A stretch of 64,000 nt of DNA from Jiangella alba. Its GTDB lineage: Bacteria > Actinomycetota > Actinomycetes > Jiangellales > Jiangellaceae. Of the stretch, positions 9,130-17,885 are shown in pieces. The notes under the pieces are model-generated. The model made no database searches and had not been told where the DNA came from. It saw nothing but the letters and a program-made list of their open reading frames with translations. The stretch covers positions 3,135,722 to 3,199,721 of the forward strand of contig NZ_FNUC01000004.1 of assembly GCF_900106035.1 (NCBI RefSeq). Reading direction: 5' to 3'. The stretch's first letter is position 1, and each line of letters opens with the position of its first letter. Both the position numbers and the translations under genes were made by a program.

Positions 9130-11274
9130 TCAGTCCCCGATGAACGGGCCGCCGGTCGGGCTGGTGCGCCAGACGGTGACGACGGACGGCCGCGGCTGGT
9201 CGCCGTACGGGAACGTCGACGCGGGCGCCTCGGGGGAGGCGCCGTCCTCCTCACCGGGATGCTGGACGGCGATCAGCGCGGTGCGGCCGTCGGGCGTGAT
9301 GCACGGTCCGCAGCACTCGGCGCCGACCGGGACCGAGGCGAATCGGCGCAGGTGCCCGGCGTCGTCGCCGTCGAGGGGCATGACGAACATGCCGTCGTTG
9401 GCGCCGACCGACCCGGGCATGCCGTCGGTGGCCAGCCAGAGCCGCCCGGACGGGTCGAACGCGACGTTGTCGGGGCAGCTGATCATGCTGACCTGCGACT
9501 TGTCGAAGCCCGCGTAGTACGTCGACGGGTCGTCGGGATCGCCCGCGACCAGCACGAGCGACCACGTGAACGTCGTCGCCGCCGCGTCGGCGCCGTCCTC
9601 GTCCAGGGCGAGGACGTGCCCCCACCGGTTGGTGGCCCGCGGGTTGGCCTCGTCGGCCTGAGCGGGGGTGCGGCGGTCGTTGTTCGTCAGCGCCATGAAG
9701 ACGGTGCCGGTGACGGGGTGCGGCTCGACGTCCTCGGGACGGTCCATCTTCGTGGCGCCGGCGCGGTCGGCGGCCAGCCGGGTGAACACCAGCACCTCCT
9801 CGACGCTCATGCCGTCGACGGCGCTCTCACCGCCGCTGACCAGCGGCAGCCATTCGCCGGCGCCGTCGAACAGCCCGTCGGACGGCAACCGCCCGGAGCC
9901 GTCGATCTCGGCGGCCGGGCTGTCGCCGGTGAACCGGGCCACGAAGAGGTCGCCGTCCTCGAGCAGGGCGAGGTTGTGCCGGCGGTCGCGGTCGCCCTGT
10001 CCGGTGCGGAAGCGGCCCGACGACACGAACTTGTAGACGTACTCGAACCGCTCGTCGTCGCCCATGTAGACCGCGACCCGGCCGTCCGCCGTCAGCGCCG
10101 TCGTCGCGCCCTCGTGCTTGAACCGGCCCAGCGCGGTGAGCTTCTGCGGGGTCGAGCGCGGGTCGTACGGGTCGATCTGGCAGACCCAGCCGAACCGGTT
10201 CGGCTCGTTCGGCTCGCCGCTGACGTCGAAGCGGGCGTCGGCGCGCTCCCAGGCGCGGCTGGTGCCGGCGGTGGTGCGGATGCCGTAGCGGGCGTACCGC
10301 GCGGCCGTCTCGGGGTCGGTGACGTCAGCGGACGCGCCGAAGTACTGGTTGACGTTCTCCTCGCCGGTCAGCACGGTGCCCCACGGCGTGGTGCCGCCGG
10401 CGCAGTTGTTCAGCATGCCGAGGACGGTCGTGCCCGCCGGGTCCGCGGCCGTGCGCAGCAGGTCGCTGCCGGCGGCCGGGCCGGTGACGCGGAACGGGGT
10501 GCCGGCGTGGATGCGGCGGTTGTAGCGCCGGCGCCCGTCGACGGGACGCCACTCGCCGGTGTCGCCGACCCGCTCGATCTCGACGATCGACCCGCCGTGG
10601 GCCGCCATCGCGATGCGCAGCTGCTCGACCGTGGCGCCGGCCGCGCCGGTCCAGCCGCGGAACATCAGCTCCTCGTTCGTGTACTCGTGGTTCACCCACA
10701 GCAGCGCGCGCTCGAAGCGGCGGTCCAGCGGGTAGACGGCCACGAAGTCGCAGTTGTATCCGAACTGCTCGCGCTGCGCGGCGGCGGTCTGGTGCTCGAA
10801 GTCGAACTCCGGCGCGCCACGGAACATCGGATCGCCCCACGCGATGGTGACCGACCAGTCGTACCCGTTCGGGACGACGACGGCGTCCAGCGTGTTGTCG
10901 CCGACCGGGCGGAAACCGACCGGCCGGCCGTACTCCGGTGCGTCCGGGTGGTCTGGCCTGGGCGGGACGGCAGCGCGTGCGGCGCCTTCGGTGTCTGCGG
11001 GGTCGCCGGCGCCGGATGCGACGGCGGCCAGCGTGCCGGACCCGCCCCCGACCACGACGGCGGCCGCGACGGCCCCGCCGCGCAGCAGGCCGCGGCGGCT
11101 GACGGCCGCCTCGACGACGTCGCCGAAGTACGCGTTGTCGCTGGTGTTGGGCGCCTCATGCGCGCAGGCGTCGGCGCAGCGGTAGCGGCAGGTCATGGCG
11201 CTGCGGCCGCCGCGGGAGCTGTCGAGCAGCGGCAGCAGCCGCCGCCGGCCGGGGACGTCGTCGAGGTCGGGCAT
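9130..11274 (-). CDS. phoX: PhoX-family (DUF839) Tat-secreted phosphatase, paralogue 2
   Basis: Co-linear with paralogue 1, including the conserved pre-Tat segment (RRRLLPLLDSSRGGRSAMTCRYRCADACAHEAPNTSDNAYFGD) and the Tat motif SRRGLLRGGAVAAAVVVG. The 3' ends are nearly identical at the nucleotide level. Confidence 0.75.
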   Translation of the reverse strand: MPDLDDVPGRRRLLPLLDSSRGGRSAMTCRYRCADACAHEAPNTSDNAYFGDVVEAAVSRRGLLRGGAVAAAVVVGGGSGTLAAVASGAGDPADTEGAARAAVPPRPDHPDAPEYGRPVGFRPVGDNTLDAVVVPNGYDWSVTIAWGDPMFRGAPEFDFEHQTAAAQREQFGYNCDFVAVYPLDRRFERALLWVNHEYTNEELMFRGWTGAAGATVEQLRIAMAAHGGSIVEIERVGDTGEWRPVDGRRRYNRRIHAGTPFRVTGPAAGSDLLRTAADPAGTTVLGMLNNCAGGTTPWGTVLTGEENVNQYFGASADVTDPETAARYARYGIRTTAGTSRAWERADARFDVSGEPNEPNRFGWVCQIDPYDPRSTPQKLTALGRFKHEGATTALTADGRVAVYMGDDERFEYVYKFVSSGRFRTGQGDRDRRHNLALLEDGDLFVARFTGDSPAAEIDGSGRLPSDGLFDGAGEWLPLVSGGESAVDGMSVEEVLVFTRLAADRAGATKMDRPEDVEPHPVTGTVFMALTNNDRRTPAQADEANPRATNRWGHVLALDEDGADAAATTFTWSLVLVAGDPDDPSTYYAGFDKSQVSMISCPDNVAFDPSGRLWLATDGMPGSVGANDGMFVMPLDGDDAGHLRRFASVPVGAECCGPCITPDGRTALIAVQHPGEEDGASPEAPASTFPYGDQPRPSVVTVWRTSPTGGPFIGD

Positions 11275-11298
11275 CGGTGTGACTCCCTCTGCCGGGGG

Positions 11299-11328
11299 CA
11301 CGAACGTGGTGTCACAGCGTAGGTAAAC
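11299..11328 (-). promoter_or_regulatory. Candidate PhoP box upstream of phoX paralogue 2 (GTTTACC … CTGTGAC … GTTCGTG)
   Basis: On the gene strand it reads GTTTACCtacgCTGTGACaccaCGTTCGTGccc, 25-55 nt upstream of the proposed ATG. Confidence 0.3.
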
Positions 11329-11385
11329 ATTCACCCGTTGGCTACCAAAAAGTCACGAAAAGCGCGGCGACTGTTTCCGCGTGCT

Positions 11386-11750
11386 CCGGCCGGCGGTTCA
11401 CGCCTGGTTGACGTGGCCCGCCCGTAGGGTGGGTGCCCTCCCGGCCGGGAGGGGCCCGACTCCCTCCGCCGAGCCCCGGGCCTCGCGCCGGGGTTGGCCG
11501 CCGGTTCACGCCTGGTTGGCCGGTCGCCGGTTCATGCCTGGTTAACGTGGCCCGCCCGTAGGGTGGGTGCCCTCCCGGCCGGGAGGGGCCCGAGCCCTCC
11601 GCCGACCTCGAGCCTCGCGCCGGGTTGGCCGCCGGTTCGCGCCTGGTTGGCCCGCCGGCGGTTCGCGCCTGGTTGGCCGGCCGCCGGTTCACGCCTGGTT
11701 AACGTGGCCCGCCCGTAGGGTGGGTGCCCTCCCGGCCGGGAGGGGCCTGG
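11386..11750. repeat. Complex nested tandem repeat region containing three REP-like copies and six copies of ccggttcNcgcctggttNNc
   Basis: REP copies at 11415-11456, 11549-11590 and 11705-11747 (gcccgcccgtagggtgggtgccctcccggccgggaggggcc). They contain the perfect 18-bp palindrome ccctcccggccgggaggg. The higher-order unit is about 115-130 bp. Confidence 0.85.
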
Positions 11751-11835
11751 ACCCCGGCCGACCGGCAAGGCCCCCGGCCAACCGGCAAGCGCCCCGGCCA
11801 ACCGGCAAGGGCCCCGGCCAACCGGCAGGAACCCG
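11750..11835. repeat. 20-bp short tandem repeat (ccggccaaccggcaagNgcc, about 4 copies)
   Basis: Read directly in the sequence, immediately 3' of the nested repeat region. Confidence 0.8.
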
Positions 11836-11910
11836 GACCCCGGCTGACCACGATCCGCTCCAGCGGCCCCCGAGGGTGCATGCTGGGAGAACACGGGAGA
11901 GGGGGCCGGC

Positions 11911-13638
11911 ATGGTCACGACGTCGCTGATCGAACGTATTCGCGGCGGCATCATCGGCGAGGGCGAGGTCCTGCACGGGCCGTACGGCGCCCGCCGCATG
12001 ACGTACGCCGACTACACCGCGTCGGGACGGTCGCTGGACTTCATCGAGGACTTCGTCCGCGAACAGGTGCTGCCGCTCTACGCCAACACGCACACCGAGA
12101 GCTCCGGCACCGGCCTGCAGACCACGCTGCTGCGCGAGGACGCCCGGCGCACCATCCGGCAGTCCGTCGGCGGCACCGACGACCACCTGGTGGTGTTCAC
12201 CGGGTCGGGCGCCACGTCCGCCGTCAACAAGCTGGTCGCGATCCTCGAGCTGCGGTTGCCGGCCGGCGCGCCGAAGCGGCACGGCGTCCTGTACGACGTC
12301 CCGCAGAACCGGCCGGTGGTGTTCGTGGGGCCGTACGAGCACCACTCGAACGAGTTGCCGTGGCGCGAGACCATCGCCGACGTCGTCGCGGTCGACACCG
12401 ACGCCGACGGCCACATCGACCTGCGCCAGCTCGACGACCTGCTGCGCGCGTACGCCGACCGGCCGCTGCGCATCGGCAGCTTCTCCGCCGCGTCCAACGT
12501 CACCGGCGTGCTGACGAACACCGCACGCATCGCGGCGCTGCTGCACGAGCACGGCGCGCTGTCGTTCTGGGACTACGCCGCCGCCGGGCCGTACGTCCCC
12601 ATCCGCATGGCCGAGAGCACGCCTGGCGCCGGCGATCACAAGGACGCCATCTTCCTGTCGCCGCACAAGTTCGTCGGCGGCCCGCAGACCCCCGGCGTGC
12701 TGGTGGTCGACCGCGCGCTGGTGCGCAACGAGGTCCCGTCCGTCCCCGGCGGCGGCACCGTCGAGTTCGTCAGCCCCGACGAGCACCGCTACCTCGACGA
12801 TCCCGTCGCCCGCGAGGAGGGCGGCACGCCGGCCATCGTCGAGTCGATCCGGGCCGGGCTGGTGTTCGGGCTCAAGGACGCTGTCGGCACCGACCTCATC
12901 CAGGAGCGCGAGGAGGCGCTCTGGCGCCACGCGCTGCACCGCTGGCAGGACGTTCCGCAGATCGACGTGCTCGGCAACCCCGACGTCCCGCGGCTGTCGA
13001 TCGTGTCGTTCCGCATCCGCCACGGCGCCCGCTTCCTGCACCACAACTTCGTCGTCGCGCTGCTCAACGACCTGTTCGGCATCCAGGCCCGCGGCGGCTG
13101 TTCCTGTGCGGGGCCGTACGGTCACCGGCTGCTGTCCGTCGGGCCGGACGAGTCGCGCGGCTTCCGCGACGTCGTCGGCGTCGGCTGCGAGGGCATCAAG
13201 CCCGGCTGGACCCGGCTGAATTTCAACTACTTCATCTCCGACGCCGTCCGCGACTACCTGGTTGACGCGGTCGCGCTGATCGCCCGCGACGGGCACCGGC
13301 TGCTGCCCGACTACGGCTTCGACCCGCACACCGGGCTGTGGCGGCACCGCGAGGGCACGTCGCGCCCGCCGGTCCGGCTGACGGGGCTGCGCTACGACGA
13401 GCAGGGGCTGCTGGTCGGCGCCGAGCGGCACGAGCGGGTCGGTGAGGACGCGCTCGCCGAGCACCTGGCCGACGCGCGCGACGTGCTGGCCGGCCGGCCC
13501 GACGCCGTCGAGGAGGGCCCGACCGGGCTGTCGGACGAGTTCGAGGCGCTGCGCTGGTTCACGCTGCCGCCGTCGTGCGTGCTGGCGGGCGACACCGCGG
13601 TCGAGGTGCTGGTCGACGACCGCTGCGCCCACCCCTGA
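11911..13638 (+). CDS. Aminotransferase class V-fold PLP-dependent enzyme (cysteine-desulfurase-like family), 575 aa
   Basis: N-terminal block …GEGEVLHGPYGARRMTYADYTASGRSLDFIEDFV… and …FLSPHKFVGGPQTPGVLVV… (PLP-lysine region). Confidence 0.75.
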   Translation: MVTTSLIERIRGGIIGEGEVLHGPYGARRMTYADYTASGRSLDFIEDFVREQVLPLYANTHTESSGTGLQTTLLREDARRTIRQSVGGTDDHLVVFTGSGATSAVNKLVAILELRLPAGAPKRHGVLYDVPQNRPVVFVGPYEHHSNELPWRETIADVVAVDTDADGHIDLRQLDDLLRAYADRPLRIGSFSAASNVTGVLTNTARIAALLHEHGALSFWDYAAAGPYVPIRMAESTPGAGDHKDAIFLSPHKFVGGPQTPGVLVVDRALVRNEVPSVPGGGTVEFVSPDEHRYLDDPVAREEGGTPAIVESIRAGLVFGLKDAVGTDLIQEREEALWRHALHRWQDVPQIDVLGNPDVPRLSIVSFRIRHGARFLHHNFVVALLNDLFGIQARGGCSCAGPYGHRLLSVGPDESRGFRDVVGVGCEGIKPGWTRLNFNYFISDAVRDYLVDAVALIARDGHRLLPDYGFDPHTGLWRHREGTSRPPVRLTGLRYDEQGLLVGAERHERVGEDALAEHLADARDVLAGRPDAVEEGPTGLSDEFEALRWFTLPPSCVLAGDTAVEVLVDDRCAHP

Positions 13639-13654
13639 CCGCGGCCGGCCGCGG

Positions 13655-14110
13655 TCAGGAGAGCGCCCACGCCAGCAGCACCAGCAGCTGGCCGGCGGCC
13701 TGCGCGACGGCGAAGCGCCGCAGGGTGGGCAGCAACGCCGCCCATTCCACCGTCGATCGCGGCGGCACGACGGCGGCCAGCGCGGCCGTCACGTGGGTGG
13801 CGTGCGCGCCGAGCACCGCGAGACTCAGCCAGCCGGTGATCGCGCCGTCGGCGGCCAGCCCGCACAGCGCGCACACCGCCAGGAACGCCGTCGTCGCGTG
13901 CGAGGCCGGCAGCGCCGTCGCCGAGCCGCCGGCCAGCACCGCCACCGCCAGCACGACCGGCGACACCGGCGTCCAGCCGGCCACCGCGAGCACCGTCACC
14001 ACGACGGACGCCGCCAGCGCCGGGCGCAGCGCCCAGCCGGGCAGCGCCGGCCCGAGCGCGCCGGGTGCGCCGGGTGCGCCCGGCGTGCCGGGCGCGGCCG
14101 CCGCCGTCAC
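13655..14110 (-). CDS. Small multi-pass membrane protein (MoxR-module member)
   Basis: Hydrophobic helices (VVVTVLAVAGWTPVSPVVLAVAVLAGG…LLVLLAWALS). Putative GTG start overlaps the DUF58 stop (GTGA). Start uncertain. Confidence 0.4.
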   Translation of the reverse strand: MTAAAAPGTPGAPGAPGALGPALPGWALRPALAASVVVTVLAVAGWTPVSPVVLAVAVLAGGSATALPASHATTAFLAVCALCGLAADGAITGWLSLAVLGAHATHVTAALAAVVPPRSTVEWAALLPTLRRFAVAQAAGQLLVLLAWALS

Positions 14111-15438
14111 CGTCGCACCCCGCGGGCGAGCAGCCGCAGCCGGGCGAGGCCGAGTCCCAGCGCCGCCGGGTCGGCCGCGCTGACGGGCACGCCGGCCGCC
14201 TCCAGCGCCCGGATCCGTTCCTGCCGCTCGGCCAGTACCAGCCGGGCCGCCAGCGTCGTCGCGGCGTCGGCGGCGTCGAGGACCAGTGGCGACGGCAGCA
14301 CGTCGACCGCGACCACCGGGTGCCCGCGCCGCCGCCACGTCACCGCGAGCGTCCCCGGCGCGTCGTCCAGGAAGACCGAGGTGACGACGACGATCGCGCC
14401 CGGCGGCAGCCGCGGGGCGTGCCGGGGCGCGGGGAGCGCGTCGCCCGATCCGGGCCGCCGCGTGTGCCGGGCGAGGTGCGTGCGCAGCCGGAGCAGGTGC
14501 CGGCGGCCGCTGCCCAGGTGGACGGGGTCGAGCGGGCGGGCGAGGTCGAGGATGCCGACGCGGTCGCCGTGGTCGATGTAGGCGGCCGCGACCGACGCGA
14601 CGGTGTCGACGGCGACGTCGATGCTGGTGCGGCCCGGCCGTTCGGCGTGTTCGCCGAGGTCCAGCCAGGCGGCGACGTCGGCGGGGAGGTCGTAGCGGTT
14701 GTCCAGGCAGCAGACGACGTCCGCGTCGGCGTCGACCAGCGTGTGCCGCGTGTAGAGCGTCTCGCGCGGGCCGGCCTGGCGCGCCGTCACCCGCCAGTCG
14801 ATGCGCCGCATGCGGTCGCCGGGCTGGAACGGCGACACGTCGTGCAGTTCGGTGCCCTCGCCGGGGCGGCGGGTGCGGTGTGCGCCGACCATGCCGGCGG
14901 GACGGGGCGGCAGCGGCCCGGGCGGCAGCGCGGGCGCGACGGCGGGCAGCACCTGCGCGGTGTACGGCGGGCCGGCGACCGGCCCGGCGACCAGCAGGCC
15001 GTCGGCGGCGGCCGCGAGGTGGTCCGGCCGGGCCAGCTGCTGCGCGCCCCAGCGCGGCGCCGTCACCTCGACCACCAGCTGCCGCTCGCCGTCCGCGGGT
15101 GCGGCCACCGCGACGGAGTCGGCGTCGCCACCCGCCTCGGCCGGCGGCAGTACCGTCGCGACCAGCTGCGCGTCGGACGGCCCGAGCCGCACCGCGACCG
15201 GGACGGACCGGCCGGCGTCGAGGATCCGCGGCCCGATGGCGCGCACCTCGGGCGGTGGCCGCCGCGCACGCCGTTCGGCCGCCGTCCCCAGCGCCAGCGC
15301 GGTGCCCACGGCCAGCGGGACGCCGAGCAGGACGAGGTCCGCGCGGCCGAGCGCCAGCCCCGTCACGGCCAGCAACGCGGGCAGCAGCAGCGACCGGGCC
15401 AGCGCCGGGGTGGCCCGCCAGACGTAGTCGCGGGTCAT
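14107..15438 (-). CDS. DUF58-domain protein (vWA-like partner of MoxR)
   Basis: DUF58 signature …VSPFQPGDRMRRIDWRVTARQAGPRETLYTRHTLVDADADVVCCLDNRYD… The ATG overlaps the moxR stop (ATGA); the longer track ORF to 16179 is an artefact. Confidence 0.75.
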   Translation of the reverse strand: MTRDYVWRATPALARSLLLPALLAVTGLALGRADLVLLGVPLAVGTALALGTAAERRARRPPPEVRAIGPRILDAGRSVPVAVRLGPSDAQLVATVLPPAEAGGDADSVAVAAPADGERQLVVEVTAPRWGAQQLARPDHLAAAADGLLVAGPVAGPPYTAQVLPAVAPALPPGPLPPRPAGMVGAHRTRRPGEGTELHDVSPFQPGDRMRRIDWRVTARQAGPRETLYTRHTLVDADADVVCCLDNRYDLPADVAAWLDLGEHAERPGRTSIDVAVDTVASVAAAYIDHGDRVGILDLARPLDPVHLGSGRRHLLRLRTHLARHTRRPGSGDALPAPRHAPRLPPGAIVVVTSVFLDDAPGTLAVTWRRRGHPVVAVDVLPSPLVLDAADAATTLAARLVLAERQERIRALEAAGVPVSAADPAALGLGLARLRLLARGVRR

Positions 15439-16412
15439 CGGCCCGAGGCCGGGCCCGGGACCTGTCCGAGCACCTCGGTGACGATGTCCGCGGTGCGCAA
15501 CCGGGTCGTCCAGGCCTCCGGCGTCAGCGTCAGCCGGTGCGCCAGCGCCGACACCGCGACCTCCTTCACGTCCTCCGGCAGCACGTAGTCGCGGCCGTCG
15601 AGCACGGCCAGCGCCCGGGCGGCCAGCAGCAGCGCCAGCGACCCGCGCGGCGACGCGCCCACCTCGACCGCCCGGTGCCGCCGGGTCGCGGCGGCGAGGT
15701 CGACGCAGTACGCGACGATCGACGGGTCCGCGTCGACGCTCTCGACGCCGGCCTGCAGTCCGCGCACCGTCTCGGCGTCGACGACCGGCTCGACCTCGGC
15801 CGCCTCCTGCCGGCGGGCGATGCGCCGGGCCAGCACCTGCGCCTCGTCCGGCGGCTCCAGGTAGCCGGCCGACAGCCGGAGCATGAAGCGGTCCAGCTGC
15901 GCCTCCGGAAGCGGGTAGGTGCCCTCGTACTCGACCGGGTTCGACGTGGCCAGGACGTGGAACGGCTGTGGCAACGCGAACGTGCGGCCCTCCACCGTCA
16001 CCTGCCGCTCCGCCATCGCCTCCAGCAGCGCCGACTGCGTCTTCGGCGGCGTCCGGTTGATCTCGTCGGCGAGCAGCAGCCCCGCGAACACCGGTCCCGG
16101 CCGGAACCCGAACTCGCGCGTCCCGGGATCCCACACGAACGACCCGGTGACGTCGCCCGGGAGGAGGTCGGGCGTGCACTGCAGGCGGCGGAACTCCAGC
16201 CCGAGCGCCGCGGCCAGGCTGCGCGCGGCCAGCGTCTTGCCCAGCCCCGGTACGTCCTCGAACAGGACGTGCCCGCCGGCCAGGATCGCGGCCAGCGCCA
16301 GCCGCAGCGTCCGCCGCATCCCGACGACCGCCGTCCCGACGCCGTCGAGGACCTCGGACCCGACGCGGGCCACCTCGGCGACCGGGAGGGCCGTGCTGCT
16401 GTGGGTCGTCAT
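15435..16412 (-). CDS. moxR: MoxR-family AAA+ ATPase
   Basis: Walker A (GLGKT), …LLADEINRTPPKTQSALLEAMAERQVT…, …VLATSNPVEYEGTYPLPEAQLDRF…. Confidence 0.9.
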   Translation of the reverse strand: MTTHSSTALPVAEVARVGSEVLDGVGTAVVGMRRTLRLALAAILAGGHVLFEDVPGLGKTLAARSLAAALGLEFRRLQCTPDLLPGDVTGSFVWDPGTREFGFRPGPVFAGLLLADEINRTPPKTQSALLEAMAERQVTVEGRTFALPQPFHVLATSNPVEYEGTYPLPEAQLDRFMLRLSAGYLEPPDEAQVLARRIARRQEAAEVEPVVDAETVRGLQAGVESVDADPSIVAYCVDLAAATRRHRAVEVGASPRGSLALLLAARALAVLDGRDYVLPEDVKEVAVSALAHRLTLTPEAWTTRLRTADIVTEVLGQVPGPASGR

Positions 16413-16428
16413 GGACCGGCTCCTTCTC

Positions 16429-16878
16429 TCAGGGTGTGTCGAGTCGTTCGATCGCGCTCACCACCGCGTCGACGTCGCGCAGGCTGGGCCGCATCGTCTC
16501 GGCGGACAGCGTCGCGTGCACGTCCGGGCCGAGCGCCTCGGCCGCCCGCGGATCGTCCCACTCCAGCCCCAGACGCCGTAGCCGGGCGGCGGCGAGCGAG
16601 CGCAGCCGCTGGTGCAACGCGGGGTCGTAGTCGTGCTCGTAGCGGCGCAGCCGGTTGGCCAGCCGCCACACCTGCCCGGACCCGCCGCCGGACGACGGCT
16701 TCGGGCGGGCCGGCCAGCGGCCGTACCAGCCCGGCGGGATGCCCAGCACGGCCAGCGCCCCGGCCGTCACGCAGACGCCGATCAGGATCGGCCGCCAGCC
16801 CTGGACGCCGAACGCCCAGGCCACGGCGCCGGCGGCCGCGCCCAGCAGGACGGCCCGGACGATCGCCCGTCGGCTCAT
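16429..16878 (-). CDS. Small membrane protein of the MoxR module
   Basis: Two TM helices (AIVRAVLLGAAAGAVAWAF… ILIGVCVTAGALAVLGI). Start could instead be at 16914. Confidence 0.4.
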   Translation of the reverse strand: MSRRAIVRAVLLGAAAGAVAWAFGVQGWRPILIGVCVTAGALAVLGIPPGWYGRWPARPKPSSGGGSGQVWRLANRLRRYEHDYDPALHQRLRSLAAARLRRLGLEWDDPRAAEALGPDVHATLSAETMRPSLRDVDAVVSAIERLDTP

Positions 16879-17047
16879 CGGGCCCCCACCCCGTGCGCGG
16901 CGGTCCGCGCCCATCGCGCGACGGTCCGCGCCCCGCGCTCGCCTGCCGGTCGCCCCTGCGCGCCTGCCGGTCGCCCCTGCGCGGCGGCCGGGCGCCCCTG
17001 CGCGGCGGCCGCGCGCCGGGCCACCGCGTGCTCGCCTGCCGGTCGTC

Positions 17048-17776
17048 TCATCGGGCCGCCGCCGTTCCGATCGTCTCGACCACCAGGTCCAGCGCCCGCC
17101 GCGCCGCCGCGACGTCGTCCGGCCCGAGGTCCGGCCGGGCCGCGAACCGGGCCCGGTGGTACAGCCCGAGCAGCGTCGCCACAGCTTCCTCGTCGGCGTG
17201 GTGACGGCGCAGCAGCGCGGCCGTGAACTCGGTCGGCGTCTGGGCCGGGTCGCGAGCCGCTCCGCTGCCGGCCGCCGCCGACTCCAGCGCCAGCCACGCC
17301 GCCACCACCGCCGCCGCGGCGTCGGGCGCCGGCCCGGCCAGCGCGGTCGCGGCCGAACGGGCGCCGTCGCGCAGCTCGTCGGCGGCGCCGGGGTCGTCCA
17401 GCGCCTCGACCTGCCCGCCGAGCACCGTCCGCCGGCGGGCCGCCCGTCCCCGCAGCTCCGGCAGCAGCCGTCGCAGCAGGTAGTAGGCGAGATACGCGGC
17501 GGCGAGCGCCGCGATCGTCAGCACGACCGGCCACGGCACGGAGAACCCGCCGCTGTCGCTGTCGGAGGAGAACGGCGCCCCCGTCTCCCCGAGGTCGAAC
17601 GTGGGCGGCGGCTCGACCGGCTCGACCCGCGCGGGATCGGCCGTGCCGCTCAGCCAGCCCGGCTCGCGCACCTCGGCCGGCCCCACGGCCAGCGCCAGCA
17701 CGGCGACCAGCGCCGCCACCGCGACCACGGCGGCCGCCAGCGGCCCGCCGGTGGAACGTCGCCCTGACCAGTGCAT
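17048..17776 (-). CDS. DUF4129-like membrane protein
   Basis: N-terminal TM helix and C-terminal …PTEFTAALLRRHHADEEAVATLLGLYHRARFAARPD… block typical of DUF4129. Confidence 0.55.
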   Translation of the reverse strand: MHWSGRRSTGGPLAAAVVAVAALVAVLALAVGPAEVREPGWLSGTADPARVEPVEPPPTFDLGETGAPFSSDSDSGGFSVPWPVVLTIAALAAAYLAYYLLRRLLPELRGRAARRRTVLGGQVEALDDPGAADELRDGARSAATALAGPAPDAAAAVVAAWLALESAAAGSGAARDPAQTPTEFTAALLRRHHADEEAVATLLGLYHRARFAARPDLGPDDVAAARRALDLVVETIGTAAAR

Positions 17777-17794
17777 TGCTGCAATCCTCGCATA

Positions 17795-17808
17795 TGGTCA
17801 AAGGACCA
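17795..17808. promoter_or_regulatory. Perfect inverted repeat TGGTCaaagGACCA in a divergent promoter region
   Basis: Read directly in the sequence. A second palindrome attgctgcaat overlaps the DUF4129 start. Confidence 0.3.
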
Positions 17809-17885
17809 TCGGCCCCTGCGGCACCAAACGCGGGTAGCGTACGTTGAGGAGCCGTCGGATCCCTACGAACAACCCCGGGTGAGTC

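Noticed and set aside
14107-16179. 690-aa ORF spanning DUF58 and the 3' part of moxR
   Set aside because: The N-terminal 247 residues are Arg/Gly-rich readthrough overlapping the moxR coding sequence. The DUF58 protein starts at the ATG overlapping the moxR stop.
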